Assembly: GCA_963704015.1 (NCBI GenBank)
Contig: CAVPGI010000011.1
Coordinates: forward strand, 106,613 to 170,612
Direction: 5' to 3'
Length of the DNA stretch: 64,000 nucleotides
DNA from: an uncultured Gemmatimonadales bacterium
GTDB taxonomy: Bacteria > Gemmatimonadota > Gemmatimonadetes > Gemmatimonadales > GWC2-71-9
This document shows positions 40,487 through 52,265 of the stretch, in pieces. The number at the start of each line of letters is the position of its first letter. Positions within the stretch are counted from its first letter, which is position 1. The position numbers and the translations under genes are program-made. A model generated the notes under the pieces. It was given only the letters and a program-made list of their open reading frames with translations, ran no database searches and was not told the origin of the DNA.

Positions 40487-40611
40487 CTCCTCCTGCCTTG
40501 TGCCATGGGCCCTTGTCCAGCCGGTGCGCTGGATCACCCGTGTGGCCGGTTCGACCCCGCAACACCCCCGGTACGACACTTCGGTGTCGTGGATTGATGC
40601 GCCTTTGGGCG

Positions 40612-40639
40612 TTGACCACCGAACCCACGCCGTTACCAT
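40612..40639 (+). promoter_or_regulatory. sigma70 promoter of thiC leader
   Basis: TTGACC, 16 nt, TACCAT just before the riboswitch. Confidence 0.55.
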
Positions 40640-40642
40640 TGA

Positions 40643-42499
<1,857 letters not shown>

Positions 42500-42545
42500 A
42501 CGCCTACCAGGATCGAATACCCTGACCCCACAACGGAGAGCCACG

Positions 42546-43499
42546 TTGACCTACGAACTTCGACTCACCAACGCACTCCTTCTTTCCGCGGTTCTGCTCG
42601 GAGGCTGCGGGCGCAAGGAAGCCCCGCCGCCCGCCAAGGCGGCAGCCGATAGCACCCCGGCGCCGGCGGAGCCCACTCGCATTTCCTCGATCGAAGGCTT
42701 CAAGACGCCCGAGTCGGTCCTCTGGGACGCGGAGCAGGGAGTCTGGTTCGTCTCCAACATCGACGGCAACCCTTCGCTCAAGGACAACAATGGATTCATC
42801 AGCCGACTCAAGGCCGATGGTTCCGTGGATAGCCTGCGCTTCATCGCCGCCGGGCGGGGTGGGGTCACGCTCAACGCCCCGAAGGGTATGGCGCTGGTGG
42901 GGGACACGCTTTGGGTGGCCGACATCGATGCGGTCCGCGGGTTCAACCGCCGCACCGGTGCGCTGGTCGCCACGGTCGAGGCCGGGCACCAGGCCAAGTT
43001 CCTCAACGACGTGGCCGCGGCACCTGACGGTATCCTGTACATCACCGACACCGGGGTCCTCTTCGACGCTAAGGGCCAGCCCAGCCATCCCGGCCCCGAT
43101 CGGATCTTCGCCCTGAAGGGCAGGAAACTCGCCGTGGTCGCGGAAGGCGATTGGCTCGAGTGGCCCAACGGGATCACCTGGGACCGGGCCAACGCCCGCT
43201 TCCTGCTGGCGCCCTTCGGCGGGCCCCACATTACCGGGTGGAAGCCCGGGGTCGCCAAGGTCGACACGGTAGCAACTGGGCCGGGCGGTCAGGACGGGAT
43301 TGAAGTCCTCCCCGATGGCCGGACCCTGATCACCAGTTGGACCGACTCGACGGTCTTCACCCCGACCGCGGGGGGCACCAAGAAGCTGATTACCGGAGTC
43401 GCCTCCCCCGCGGATATCGGTGTTGACCCCGCGCGGGGTTGGTTGGCGATCCCAGTCTTCACGGGCAATCGAGTCGAGTTCTGGAACATCGGGAAGTAA
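42546..43499 (+). CDS. SMP-30/gluconolactonase-like beta-propeller lipoprotein
   Basis: TTG start with SD GGAGAG, lipobox LGGC, PESV, PKGM, FLNDV, PNGI, DGIE. Confidence 0.82.
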   Translation: MTYELRLTNALLLSAVLLGGCGRKEAPPPAKAAADSTPAPAEPTRISSIEGFKTPESVLWDAEQGVWFVSNIDGNPSLKDNNGFISRLKADGSVDSLRFIAAGRGGVTLNAPKGMALVGDTLWVADIDAVRGFNRRTGALVATVEAGHQAKFLNDVAAAPDGILYITDTGVLFDAKGQPSHPGPDRIFALKGRKLAVVAEGDWLEWPNGITWDRANARFLLAPFGGPHITGWKPGVAKVDTVATGPGGQDGIEVLPDGRTLITSWTDSTVFTPTAGGTKKLITGVASPADIGVDPARGWLAIPVFTGNRVEFWNIGK

Positions 43500-43510
43500 C
43501 TGACTTCGCT

Positions 43511-44557
43511 CTAGGGCCTCGGATGGTCATGTGGCTCCGGGGATGGCTGAGCGGCCGGCGGGGGGAAGGGTCCCACCGCCGGCCCTCCCATTTTGTCCAG
43601 CCCCATCATCTCCCCCATCATCCACCAGTGCTCCATCGGAAGGACGTCGCTGGTCGGGTCCTGGAAGCGGCGCAGGGCAGCGTAGATCTCCCTCTGTTTC
43701 AGGGCTCGGGGCACCGTAGGCGAGACCAAGATGTCCGAGATGATGTCGTGGAGCATGTGGAGATTGTCGAAGATCAACGCCGCCCGCGGATGACGACGGC
43801 TGAATTCCGGAGCCACCGCCGAGGTCATGGGCATCACCGATGGAAGGCGCGCCGGTGGGTCTTCGAGCATGCTCCAGAATCGCGCCACTGCGGCATCGAT
43901 TGCGGCCTTCCTGGCTGAGGGTGTCTCGGCGGTGATGAGCGCCTCGTAGAGTCCCACCTGCAGCCAGTGATAGGCCCAGATCAGTCCGTTGAACTTGGGA
44001 TTCCGGCGAAGAAAAGCGCCGCTGTAATCCTGGCTGTCCATCAACGCCATCGACTTGGGTACCGCGACGAAGGCCGTGCGCTCCTTGCTGAGGTAATAGT
44101 CGGTCAGGCGCTCGATCAATGAATCCCTGACCTGGGGGCTCAAGCGCTCATCGGCATAGGCGTCGTAGATCTGGCGATGAAGCATATGGGCCCAGTCGAA
44201 CGCCAGCTTGGCCCTCCAGGCTAGCCGGGAATAATCCGGGGCCACGCCCTCCTCGGCCACGGCCAGGCGGGGAGGCCGGCGCAGCAGGTTTCCGGTGATG
44301 TACTCGAACTCCTTGGTCTCGAGCGCCTCCGGTGATGCGTCCGGCTGAGTCCAGAGGCGCTGGTACAACACGGCGTGCCCGTAGTCGAAGGCATTGAAGA
44401 GCCCGGCCGCCTCGGGGTAGGTACGCAGGAACGACCAGTTGAACGAACCGGGATAGTAGAACTGCTCGTCGCGCTGGGCCTGCGCCGAGAGCGGGTTGAC
44501 ACCGCTGTACAGGAGGGCGAGGGCGGCGAGGGAGCGGAGTCTCCAGGCCTGGCTCAT
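43511..44557 (-). CDS. exported His/Met-rich helical hypothetical protein
   Basis: Signal peptide ending AQAQ; FDYGH, FDWAHMLH, WAYHWLQ, FDNLHMLHD; Met-rich tail. Confidence 0.8.
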   Translation of the reverse strand: MSQAWRLRSLAALALLYSGVNPLSAQAQRDEQFYYPGSFNWSFLRTYPEAAGLFNAFDYGHAVLYQRLWTQPDASPEALETKEFEYITGNLLRRPPRLAVAEEGVAPDYSRLAWRAKLAFDWAHMLHRQIYDAYADERLSPQVRDSLIERLTDYYLSKERTAFVAVPKSMALMDSQDYSGAFLRRNPKFNGLIWAYHWLQVGLYEALITAETPSARKAAIDAAVARFWSMLEDPPARLPSVMPMTSAVAPEFSRRHPRAALIFDNLHMLHDIISDILVSPTVPRALKQREIYAALRRFQDPTSDVLPMEHWWMMGEMMGLDKMGGPAVGPFPPPAAQPSPEPHDHPRP

Positions 44558-45378
44558 GGGGAGCTCCCGCCGGAGCGCCCGATCCGGGGCATCAAGCCGG
44601 TCAAGGCGAAGGAATGGCTCAGGCCGATAGTAAGGGCGAAATCCGGCCCGGTGGATGTGAGGCGGCGAGCCAGTCCCAGATCGATCACCAGGGTCGGCGT
44701 CCACTGGTGCCGGAGGCCGGCGGACAGCACGACCGTCGCCGACTCGTGGTCCGTTGCCTGTCGGGCGTCCACATCCGCGATGACCAGCAGACTCTGGCGG
44801 AAGAACGTGTAGTCGGCGGCCAGGCCAGCCGACCACCGCGGAATTCCCTCGCTGGCGGAGGCGCGCGCGAAGTCGCCCAGCCCGTAGGATCCGTTCAAGT
44901 GAATTCGGCTCCGGCCCCAAGATCGGGTGGCAATGCCCTCGAGTCCGACCTGCCCTCCGTCTCCGGCCAGGGAGCCCACGGGGAAGCCTGCGTCCACGCG
45001 GAGGGCCACGCCCGGCCAGTGCAGGGTTTCGGTGGCGAGGTTGTAGAGCGCGAACACCCGAAGTCCCGCGATCCCTGCCTCGCTACTCCCCGAGGCGCTC
45101 TGCACCGCCAAGGGCAGCTTGAGTCCGATCTGCGTGTTGGGGAAGATTCCGAAACCGAGCTCCGGGGTGACGGTATGCACCGTCTCCCCACCGGCGTTCC
45201 GCTCTCCCTGGTACGGCAGCATGAGCTCGAACGCATAGCGTTCGATCGGATAGGCGTCTTCAGTCGCCGTAGGCCGATCGTCATCCAGATTTCGATAATC
45301 GACCTGCGCCCAGGCCGGAGATACCGGCCACCGCAGGATGACCACCGCGGCAACGGCGGTGGCGGGCAGGTACTTCAT
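44554..45378 (-). CDS. outer membrane beta-barrel (transporter/MetA-pathway-like, tentative)
   Basis: Signal peptide ending AWAQ, DYRNLDDDRP, amphipathic strands, GLSHSF; ATGA overlap with the downstream gene. Confidence 0.72.
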   Translation of the reverse strand: MKYLPATAVAAVVILRWPVSPAWAQVDYRNLDDDRPTATEDAYPIERYAFELMLPYQGERNAGGETVHTVTPELGFGIFPNTQIGLKLPLAVQSASGSSEAGIAGLRVFALYNLATETLHWPGVALRVDAGFPVGSLAGDGGQVGLEGIATRSWGRSRIHLNGSYGLGDFARASASEGIPRWSAGLAADYTFFRQSLLVIADVDARQATDHESATVVLSAGLRHQWTPTLVIDLGLARRLTSTGPDFALTIGLSHSFALTGLMPRIGRSGGSSP

Positions 45379-45579
45379 GACCACCCCTCGAGTCGGAGTC
45401 GGAGCGAGTGTTCGGTACGACTACGCGGTGGTTCGGGGCGGCGCTTTAGGGGGTGAGACTACGCAGGTGCGATCGTCATCCGGTGCCATCGAACCGGAAT
45501 CCTACCCGGCCGGCCCTCCCAACGGCAAGCAGGCCATGTACCTTATACCGCGATTCCAACGAACCCCGGGACCAGGATC

Positions 45580-47007
45580 GTGATCTTCACCCGTTTCTAC
45601 GACGACAAGCTCGCCGCGGCCAGCTATCTGATCGGCGCCTCGCACAGTGGGGAGGCCGTGGTGGTCGACCCAACCCGCGATCCCACGGCCTACCTCGAGG
45701 CGGCGGAGAGTGAGGGGCTCCGGATCACCGCCGTGGCGGAGACCCACATCCATGCGGACTTCATCAGCGGGGCGCGCGAGCTGGCTCACCGAAGCGGTGC
45801 CCGGTTGTATCTCTCGGATGAGGGTGGACCGGACTGGCGGTACCCCTATGCGGCCGCCGATGGCGCGGTGCTGCTCCGCGATGGGTCCTCGTTCATGCGG
45901 GGCGAGATCCAGCTCGAGGCGCGGCACACGCCGGGACATACACCCGAGCATATGAGCTTCCTGGTGACCGACCAATCGGTCGGAAACTCCCCGATGGGGG
46001 TGCTGACCGGCGACTTCGTGTTCGTGAACGATGTCGGCCGACCGGACTTGCTGGAAAAAGTGGCCGGGGCGGCGGGTTCCGCGGAGCGGGCCGCCCGAAC
46101 CCTCTTTCGCAGCCTGCAGCGATTCAAGGAGGCTCCCGACTACTGGCAGATCTGGCCGGCGCACGGAGCCGGCTCCGCCTGCGGCAAGAGCCTGAGCGCG
46201 GTGCCTCAGTCCACGGTCGGGTATGAGCGGCGGTTCAACTGGGCGTTCCAGATCACCGACGAGGATGAGTTCGTCCGGGAAATCCTCGCCTCTCAACCCG
46301 AGGCGCCCCGCTACTTCGCGCAAATGAAGCGTCTTAACCGCGAGGGCCCTGCCATCCTCGGACCCTTTCGCCGGCCGGTACGGCTGGAGCCGTCCCGGTT
46401 GCCGACTCTGCTGTCGGACGGGGCGGTCGTCGTCGACATTCGGAGCGGCGCAGACTACGCGGCGGGCCACGTGCCGGGAATGCTGAATCTCCCGCTCAAC
46501 CAGAGCTTCACCACGTGGGCGGGGTGGCTTCTGCCCTACGACCGCGAGCTTTTCCTTCTCTCCGGCGGGGGCTCGCCCGCGGAGCTGGATCGCGCGGTGA
46601 AGGACCTGGCCATGATCGGGCTGGATCGCGTCAGCGGGTGTTTTGGCTTCGATGCGCTGGACTCCTGGGCCCGCTCCCACGGGGGGCTAGAGACCACGCC
46701 GCAGATCTCCGCCGCCGAGTTGGCGGCGAAGCTCGGCCAGGGTGCCTTTACCGTGGTCGATGTGCGGGGCGCCTCGGAATGGAAGGCCGGGCATATGGCC
46801 GGGGCGCGACATATACCGCTCGGCAGCCTTCCGGAGCGGCTCAGTGAGATTCCGAGTGGCGGCACGGTGGTGGTGCACTGCCAGGGAGGAAGCCGCTCGG
46901 CGATCGGGGCCAGCCTGCTGCAGACACTGGGTCGCACCAACGTCGTCAACTTGCCGGCGGGCCTCACCGGATGGCAGGCCGCGGGACAACCCGTAGTCCG
47001 GGACTGA
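45580..47007 (+). CDS. MBL-fold persulfide dioxygenase fused to two rhodanese domains (CstB-like)
   Basis: ETHIHADF, TPGHTPEH, DVGRPDL, PAHGAGSACGK, HCQGGSRS. Confidence 0.9.
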   Translation: MIFTRFYDDKLAAASYLIGASHSGEAVVVDPTRDPTAYLEAAESEGLRITAVAETHIHADFISGARELAHRSGARLYLSDEGGPDWRYPYAAADGAVLLRDGSSFMRGEIQLEARHTPGHTPEHMSFLVTDQSVGNSPMGVLTGDFVFVNDVGRPDLLEKVAGAAGSAERAARTLFRSLQRFKEAPDYWQIWPAHGAGSACGKSLSAVPQSTVGYERRFNWAFQITDEDEFVREILASQPEAPRYFAQMKRLNREGPAILGPFRRPVRLEPSRLPTLLSDGAVVVDIRSGADYAAGHVPGMLNLPLNQSFTTWAGWLLPYDRELFLLSGGGSPAELDRAVKDLAMIGLDRVSGCFGFDALDSWARSHGGLETTPQISAAELAAKLGQGAFTVVDVRGASEWKAGHMAGARHIPLGSLPERLSEIPSGGTVVVHCQGGSRSAIGASLLQTLGRTNVVNLPAGLTGWQAAGQPVVRD

Positions 47008-47071
47008 TTCGACATCGCCGCCGGGGTCGCGGCGGTTTCGTGATTTTCACCTCTCAGGGAAAGGAAGCGGC

Positions 47072-49363
47072 ATGGCTCCGCTGCAGCGCGGCGCATCACC
47101 CATCCTCGCACTCGGCGGGTTCATCGCCCCGCTCATGCTCTGGCCCGCGATCGGAGGTGACCAACCTCCCGCGCTGGCCGGTTACTCCCCCGAGGCGGCC
47201 CGTGTCGAGGTCGAATGGGAGACCAAGTTCCGGGCCATCCCCCAGACCGACAATCTGCGCGAGACCATGCGGCGGCTCGCGGCGCGCCCCCACCACGTGG
47301 GCTCGCCCTACGACCGGGACAACGCGCAATGGATCCTGGAACGCTTCCGCTCCTTCGGGCTGGAGGCCCGGATCGACAGTTTCATGGTGCTCTTCCCGAC
47401 TCCCAAGGAGCGGGCCGTCGAACTGGTGGCGCCGACCAAGTTCGTCGCCAAGCTCCAGGAACCCACCCTCTCCGTGGATCCGACCTCGGGCCAGCGGTCG
47501 GACCAGCTCCCGACCTACAACGCCTACTCCGCCGATGGCGACGTGACTGCCCCGCTGGTCTACGTCAATCACGGCGTCCCGGCCGACTACGAGCGTCTGG
47601 ATCGGCTGGGCATCAGCGTGAAGGGCGCCATCGTGATCGCGCGGTACGGCGGATCGTGGCGTGGTATCAAGCCCAAGGTCGCCGCCGAGCATGGGGCGCT
47701 CGGCTGCCTGATCTATTCCGACCCGAAGGATGACGGGTACTTCGAGGGAGAGGTCTATCCGCAGGGGCCCTATCGCCCCAAGGACGGGGTTCAACGGGGA
47801 AGCGTGGCCGACATGCCCACGTATTCTGGTGACCCGTTGACTCCGGGTGTAGGGGCGACACCGGACGCCAAGCGTCTGCCCCTGTCCGAAGCCACGACCC
47901 TCACCAAGATCCCGGTGCTCCCGCTCTCCTACGGAGATGCCCAGCCGCTGTTGGCTGCCATCAAGGGACGGGTGGCGCCGGCCGAGTGGCGGGGAGCGCT
48001 GCCGATCACCTATCACGTCGGCCCCGGCCCGGCCAAGGTGCACCTCAAGGTCAAGGCCAATTGGGACCAGAAACCAGTGTACGACGTGATCGCGACCATC
48101 CGCGGTTCCTCGGCCCCCGACCAGTGGATCGTGCGAGGCAACCACCACGACGGTTGGGTGAATGGTGCGGAAGACCCGATTTCCGGACAATCCGCGCTGC
48201 TCGAGGAGGCACGCGCGCTCGGAGAATTGCTCAAGCAGGGATGGAAGCCGCGCCGGACCATCATCTACGCCGCCTGGGACGGTGAAGAGCCCGGACTGCT
48301 CGGCTCCACCGAATGGGTGGAAGCGCATATGGACGAGCTGCGCGCGCACGCCGCGGTCTACATCAATACCGACGCCAACGATCGGGGCTATCTGGCCATG
48401 TCCGGGTCGCACACCCTGGAGAAGTTCATCAACGACGTCGCGCGGGACGTTCAGGACCCGGAGACGGGCGTCTCGGTTTGGAAGCGGGATCAGCTCCGGC
48501 GAATTCGGAACGGGACGGCGGAAGAGCGCAAGGAGGCCCGGGACCGGAGCTCGCTGCGGATCGAAGCCCTGGGATCCGGTTCGGATTTCACACCCTTCCT
48601 CCAGCACGCCGGGATCGCCTCGTTGGACCTGGGGTTCGACGGCGAAGGCGACGGCGGGATTTACCATTCGATCTACGACGACTTCTACTGGTACACCCAT
48701 TACAGCGACACCAGCTTCGTCTACGGCCGAGCGCTGGCCCAGGTCGTAGGCACGGCGGTCCTCCGGCTGGCCGACGCCGAGCTCTTGCCCTACGACTTCA
48801 CCGGCCTGGCCGAAACGGTCACCAAGTATTCCGACGAGCTTCAGAAGCTGCTCCAGGAGCAGCAGGACACGCTCCAGGAGCGGAACCGACAGTTGGATGA
48901 GGGGGTGTACGCAGCCACCACGGATCCCTGGGAGCCGGAGCAGTCGCCTGCCCGTGAGGGGGTGCCACCGTTCTTGAACTTCGCGCCGCTACGGAACGCG
49001 GCCGACTCGCTGACCCGCGCCGCCGCCCGGTACGATCGTGCGGTCACCAAGATTCGCGAGGGCGGCGGTGCCGGCTTCTCCAGCCTGCCGCTCGAGAGGA
49101 TCAACGCGAGTCTGGTGGCGGCTGAGCAACGGCTGACCGATCCGCAGGGCCTGCCCGGCCGCCCCTGGTTCCAGCACCTGCTCTACGCTCCCGGGTACTA
49201 CACCGGCTACGCGGTCAAGACGATCCCCGCGGTCCGGGAAGCGTTGGAGCAGAAGCAGTGGCAGTCGGTAGAGCCGGAGGTGGTGCGGGTCAGTCGCGCG
49301 CTTCTGGCGGAGGCCGCCCTGGTGAGCGAGCTGGCGGCACAGCTGGAGGGGGGCGGGAACTAG
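47072..49363 (+). CDS. M28 glutamate carboxypeptidase II / transferrin-receptor-like peptidase
   Basis: PA domain (WRGIK), GDPLTPG, GNHHDGW, WDGEE, GSGSDF, YHSIYD, GLPGRPWF. Confidence 0.92.
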   Translation: MAPLQRGASPILALGGFIAPLMLWPAIGGDQPPALAGYSPEAARVEVEWETKFRAIPQTDNLRETMRRLAARPHHVGSPYDRDNAQWILERFRSFGLEARIDSFMVLFPTPKERAVELVAPTKFVAKLQEPTLSVDPTSGQRSDQLPTYNAYSADGDVTAPLVYVNHGVPADYERLDRLGISVKGAIVIARYGGSWRGIKPKVAAEHGALGCLIYSDPKDDGYFEGEVYPQGPYRPKDGVQRGSVADMPTYSGDPLTPGVGATPDAKRLPLSEATTLTKIPVLPLSYGDAQPLLAAIKGRVAPAEWRGALPITYHVGPGPAKVHLKVKANWDQKPVYDVIATIRGSSAPDQWIVRGNHHDGWVNGAEDPISGQSALLEEARALGELLKQGWKPRRTIIYAAWDGEEPGLLGSTEWVEAHMDELRAHAAVYINTDANDRGYLAMSGSHTLEKFINDVARDVQDPETGVSVWKRDQLRRIRNGTAEERKEARDRSSLRIEALGSGSDFTPFLQHAGIASLDLGFDGEGDGGIYHSIYDDFYWYTHYSDTSFVYGRALAQVVGTAVLRLADAELLPYDFTGLAETVTKYSDELQKLLQEQQDTLQERNRQLDEGVYAATTDPWEPEQSPAREGVPPFLNFAPLRNAADSLTRAAARYDRAVTKIREGGGAGFSSLPLERINASLVAAEQRLTDPQGLPGRPWFQHLLYAPGYYTGYAVKTIPAVREALEQKQWQSVEPEVVRVSRALLAEAALVSELAAQLEGGGN

Positions 49364-49375
49364 CCCCTTCGGGCA

Positions 49376-50632
49376 TCAACCGTTGATAACGCCGGGGAAA
49401 TGGGCCGAGCTCAGTTCGTGATCCGGAAACACGCCGGAAAGCTCGGTCCCACCCAGGTGGCGGGCCAGGACTTCGCCGAAGAGATCGCGGAAATCGGTGG
49501 TGACGGCGAGGTCGCGGCCCTCAAACCGGTCGGCTGGATCCAAGCCAGGCCAGCGGCCCAGGACTCTTCCGCCGCGAACCGGACCCCCCAGCACCAACAT
49601 GGCGGTGGCGTGCCCGTGGTCGGTTCCAGCGCTTCCGTTCTCGTGTACCGTCCGGCCGAACTCCGACATGGTCAACACCACCACCTCGGCCATGCGGTCG
49701 CCGAGATCGGTGGACAGCGCCACCAGTGCCTGGCTCAAGTCCCGCAGCCGGTTGGCCAGCTGGCCGTCTCCCGCGCCCTGGTTCACGTGCGTGTCCCACC
49801 CGCCCACGTCCGCGAAGGCAATCTCCAATCCCAGGTCGGCCTTGATGAGCTGCGCGATCTGGAGCAGCGTGCGTCCTAAGGGACTCCTCGGGTAGTCGGC
49901 CCCATTGGCAGGACTGTAGCGCATGGGGTCAACGGTCTTGAGCATCCGAACCGCCTCGAACCCTTCCTGGGCCGAGGTCGCCAGCAGGCCCGTCTGCGTC
50001 CCCTCGTACATCGCCTCGAACGCCCGCGTGATCCGATCCGACGCAGGTCGGCTCCCCGCCTTGATCCCGAAGGCGCGGAGGTCATTGATCGCCAGGCTGG
50101 GTGCGCTGCCCGAAAGGATACGGGGCAGCTCGGGACCGAATGCTACCGAACGGAATGGGGTCTCGGCGTGCTCGCGCTGATGGCTGCAGTAGCGGTTCAA
50201 CCACCCGTCCGGCGTAGACTTTCTTCCCGGGGTGCCGCTCTCCATGTAATCCTGGGCGTCGAAATGGCTTCGGCTCCCATCCGGCGAGCCTACCGCGTGC
50301 ACGACACCCAGGCTGCCCTTGTCCCACCAGGGCTTGAGCGGCGCCAGCGCGGGATGGAGTCCGAAGTAGCCGTTCAGATCCACGACCTCCTGACGGGGGA
50401 TCGCGATCCGCGGTCGCTCCCGGTAGTACAGTGCGTCCCCGTGCGGCACGATCATGTTGAGCCCGTCCACCGCCCCCCGCTGGAACAGACAAATCAGGAT
50501 CGGCTGGTCCGACCGCCCCGCGACCGGTGCCCGGCGGGCATAGGCGGCCCGGTTCAGGAACAGAGGGTCGAGCCCGAAGCTGCACAGGGCGAGACTCCCG
50601 GCCCGGAGGAACACCCGGCGCGTTACGTCCAT
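49376..50632 (-). CDS. DUF1501 family Tat-exported protein
   Basis: TRRVFL, FQRGAVDGL, SRSHFDAQ, GGWDTH, SEFGR, GTDHG. Confidence 0.9.
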   Translation of the reverse strand: MDVTRRVFLRAGSLALCSFGLDPLFLNRAAYARRAPVAGRSDQPILICLFQRGAVDGLNMIVPHGDALYYRERPRIAIPRQEVVDLNGYFGLHPALAPLKPWWDKGSLGVVHAVGSPDGSRSHFDAQDYMESGTPGRKSTPDGWLNRYCSHQREHAETPFRSVAFGPELPRILSGSAPSLAINDLRAFGIKAGSRPASDRITRAFEAMYEGTQTGLLATSAQEGFEAVRMLKTVDPMRYSPANGADYPRSPLGRTLLQIAQLIKADLGLEIAFADVGGWDTHVNQGAGDGQLANRLRDLSQALVALSTDLGDRMAEVVVLTMSEFGRTVHENGSAGTDHGHATAMLVLGGPVRGGRVLGRWPGLDPADRFEGRDLAVTTDFRDLFGEVLARHLGGTELSGVFPDHELSSAHFPGVING

Positions 50633-50639
50633 GGGGACC

Positions 50640-52265
50640 TCATTGCCGTTGGAACTCGGGACTTCCCAGGGCCAGACCAATGGCGAGCGCCCGCCCTCGC
50701 TCGGGATCTCCTACATCCTTGAGCTCGTTGGCGATCGCCTCGCGGGTGTGGGCCGACATGGTTCCCTCGAACAGGGTCTGGTCGATGGCATCGAGCAGAC
50801 GATGGTATTCGGCCGTCACGGGGGTCAATCTGTCGAGATCCACGGTAGCTCCCGGCATGGTCCCGCCCGCCAGCGCCACAGCCAGGTTCATCCGTTGAAG
50901 CAGGGCCCCGCTGTTGACCCACTCTTCCTGGCTCTCGGAATAGCCGGCCGGCGATGCCTGAAGGTAAAGGGGCTGCCCCAGGCGGGCGATCGCCTGGGCC
51001 ACGCGGGGCGTGGTATCCGGCTCGGCGCCGACGGCCCGCATGGCGCTGACCATGAATTCGAGCGGAGTCTTGATCTTGCTGCGCATCGCCGCCGGGGCCC
51101 AGAACTCGGGTGATTGAAAAATCGCCTGCAGCACCTGGCGGATATCCCCTCGGGAGCGCTCCCAGGCGCCCACCGCATCGTCCACGCAGCCGTCGGGCGG
51201 CTCATCACTCACGAACCGGGCGCAAAGCTTTCGGCTCACATGGTGCATGGTGGCCGGATGGTTGGCCAGCATCTTGAGCAGTCGAACGCCCTCATCCATC
51301 CCGTGGCCGGCGGGGAAGCGGACACCCAGGACGGCCTTCTCCCCCTCGTCGTGGGCCCAGTCATGGAATTCGAATCCGCCGCTCTGATTGGCCCGGCCGA
51401 TGCCCCAGCCCGTGAGGATCCGGGCGACGTTGATCACGTCCTGCTGAGTGTAGCCGCCGTCGACGCCGAGGGTGTGGAGCTCGAGCAGCTCTCGGGCGTA
51501 GTTCTCGTTGATCCCCTTGGGCTGGTTCTTGCCGGCCTGTGGCTGAGGGAATCTCCCCCAGCGGCGACGTGACGGCGGCTCCGCTCCCGGCGCCACGCTC
51601 TCCGCATTGTCGAGGTAGAAGAGCATGGCCGGGCTCTTGGCCGTCGCGATCAGCAGATCCTCGAAACGCCCCAGGGAATTGGTGCGGATGGTCCGCTCGA
51701 TGTAAGCCGGGACCAGGGCGCGATCGAGGCCCTTCTGAAGGTTGACGTTGAAGTGGTTGGTCCAGAAGTCGACCATCACCTCGCGGAGCTGGAAATCCGC
51801 CGCCGTGGCGCGGATCAGCGCCAGCTGCTGGAGTTCCCCGGCCAGCCGCCGCGCCTCCGAGGGAGGCGAAGCCATAGGAGGTTGCTCGTCCATCTCCTTC
51901 TCGTCCCTCCCGGACTTCTCGCGCTGCCGATTCCGCCGCTCTTCGGCGTACCGCGCCGCCAGCTCACGCGGTTCCATCTGCAGGATCGCGTAGCGCGGCT
52001 CCACCCTGGTCAGGGCGCGGTCGTCGGGCCGTTCGGAAGCCAACTGGCCCTTGATCCAGTCCTGGACTCCGGTCTTCGCGATGCGGTCCACGTCCCCCGG
52101 GCGGGGTCCGTAGGCCAGCCGATTGAGGACATGGAACGCGGAATCCCGGGGCGTCAGCACCGAGCCGGAGCCGGTGGCGGCATCCATCGTCTGGCTGGCG
52201 ACCCTCTTGGGGACCGTCATTGCCCCCGCCATCGTCACCAGGACGAGAACGCGAATGGTTCGCAT
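50640..52265 (-). CDS. DUF1800 family protein
   Basis: FWTNHFNV, AMLFYLDN, NENYARELLELHTLG, KTPLE, SPEFQ. Confidence 0.9.
   Translation of the reverse strand: MRTIRVLVLVTMAGAMTVPKRVASQTMDAATGSGSVLTPRDSAFHVLNRLAYGPRPGDVDRIAKTGVQDWIKGQLASERPDDRALTRVEPRYAILQMEPRELAARYAEERRNRQREKSGRDEKEMDEQPPMASPPSEARRLAGELQQLALIRATAADFQLREVMVDFWTNHFNVNLQKGLDRALVPAYIERTIRTNSLGRFEDLLIATAKSPAMLFYLDNAESVAPGAEPPSRRRWGRFPQPQAGKNQPKGINENYARELLELHTLGVDGGYTQQDVINVARILTGWGIGRANQSGGFEFHDWAHDEGEKAVLGVRFPAGHGMDEGVRLLKMLANHPATMHHVSRKLCARFVSDEPPDGCVDDAVGAWERSRGDIRQVLQAIFQSPEFWAPAAMRSKIKTPLEFMVSAMRAVGAEPDTTPRVAQAIARLGQPLYLQASPAGYSESQEEWVNSGALLQRMNLAVALAGGTMPGATVDLDRLTPVTAEYHRLLDAIDQTLFEGTMSAHTREAIANELKDVGDPERGRALAIGLALGSPEFQRQ

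Noticed and set aside
40491-40506. Second sigma54 box TGGCACAAGGCAGG (minus)
   Set aside because: Lacks GC at -12
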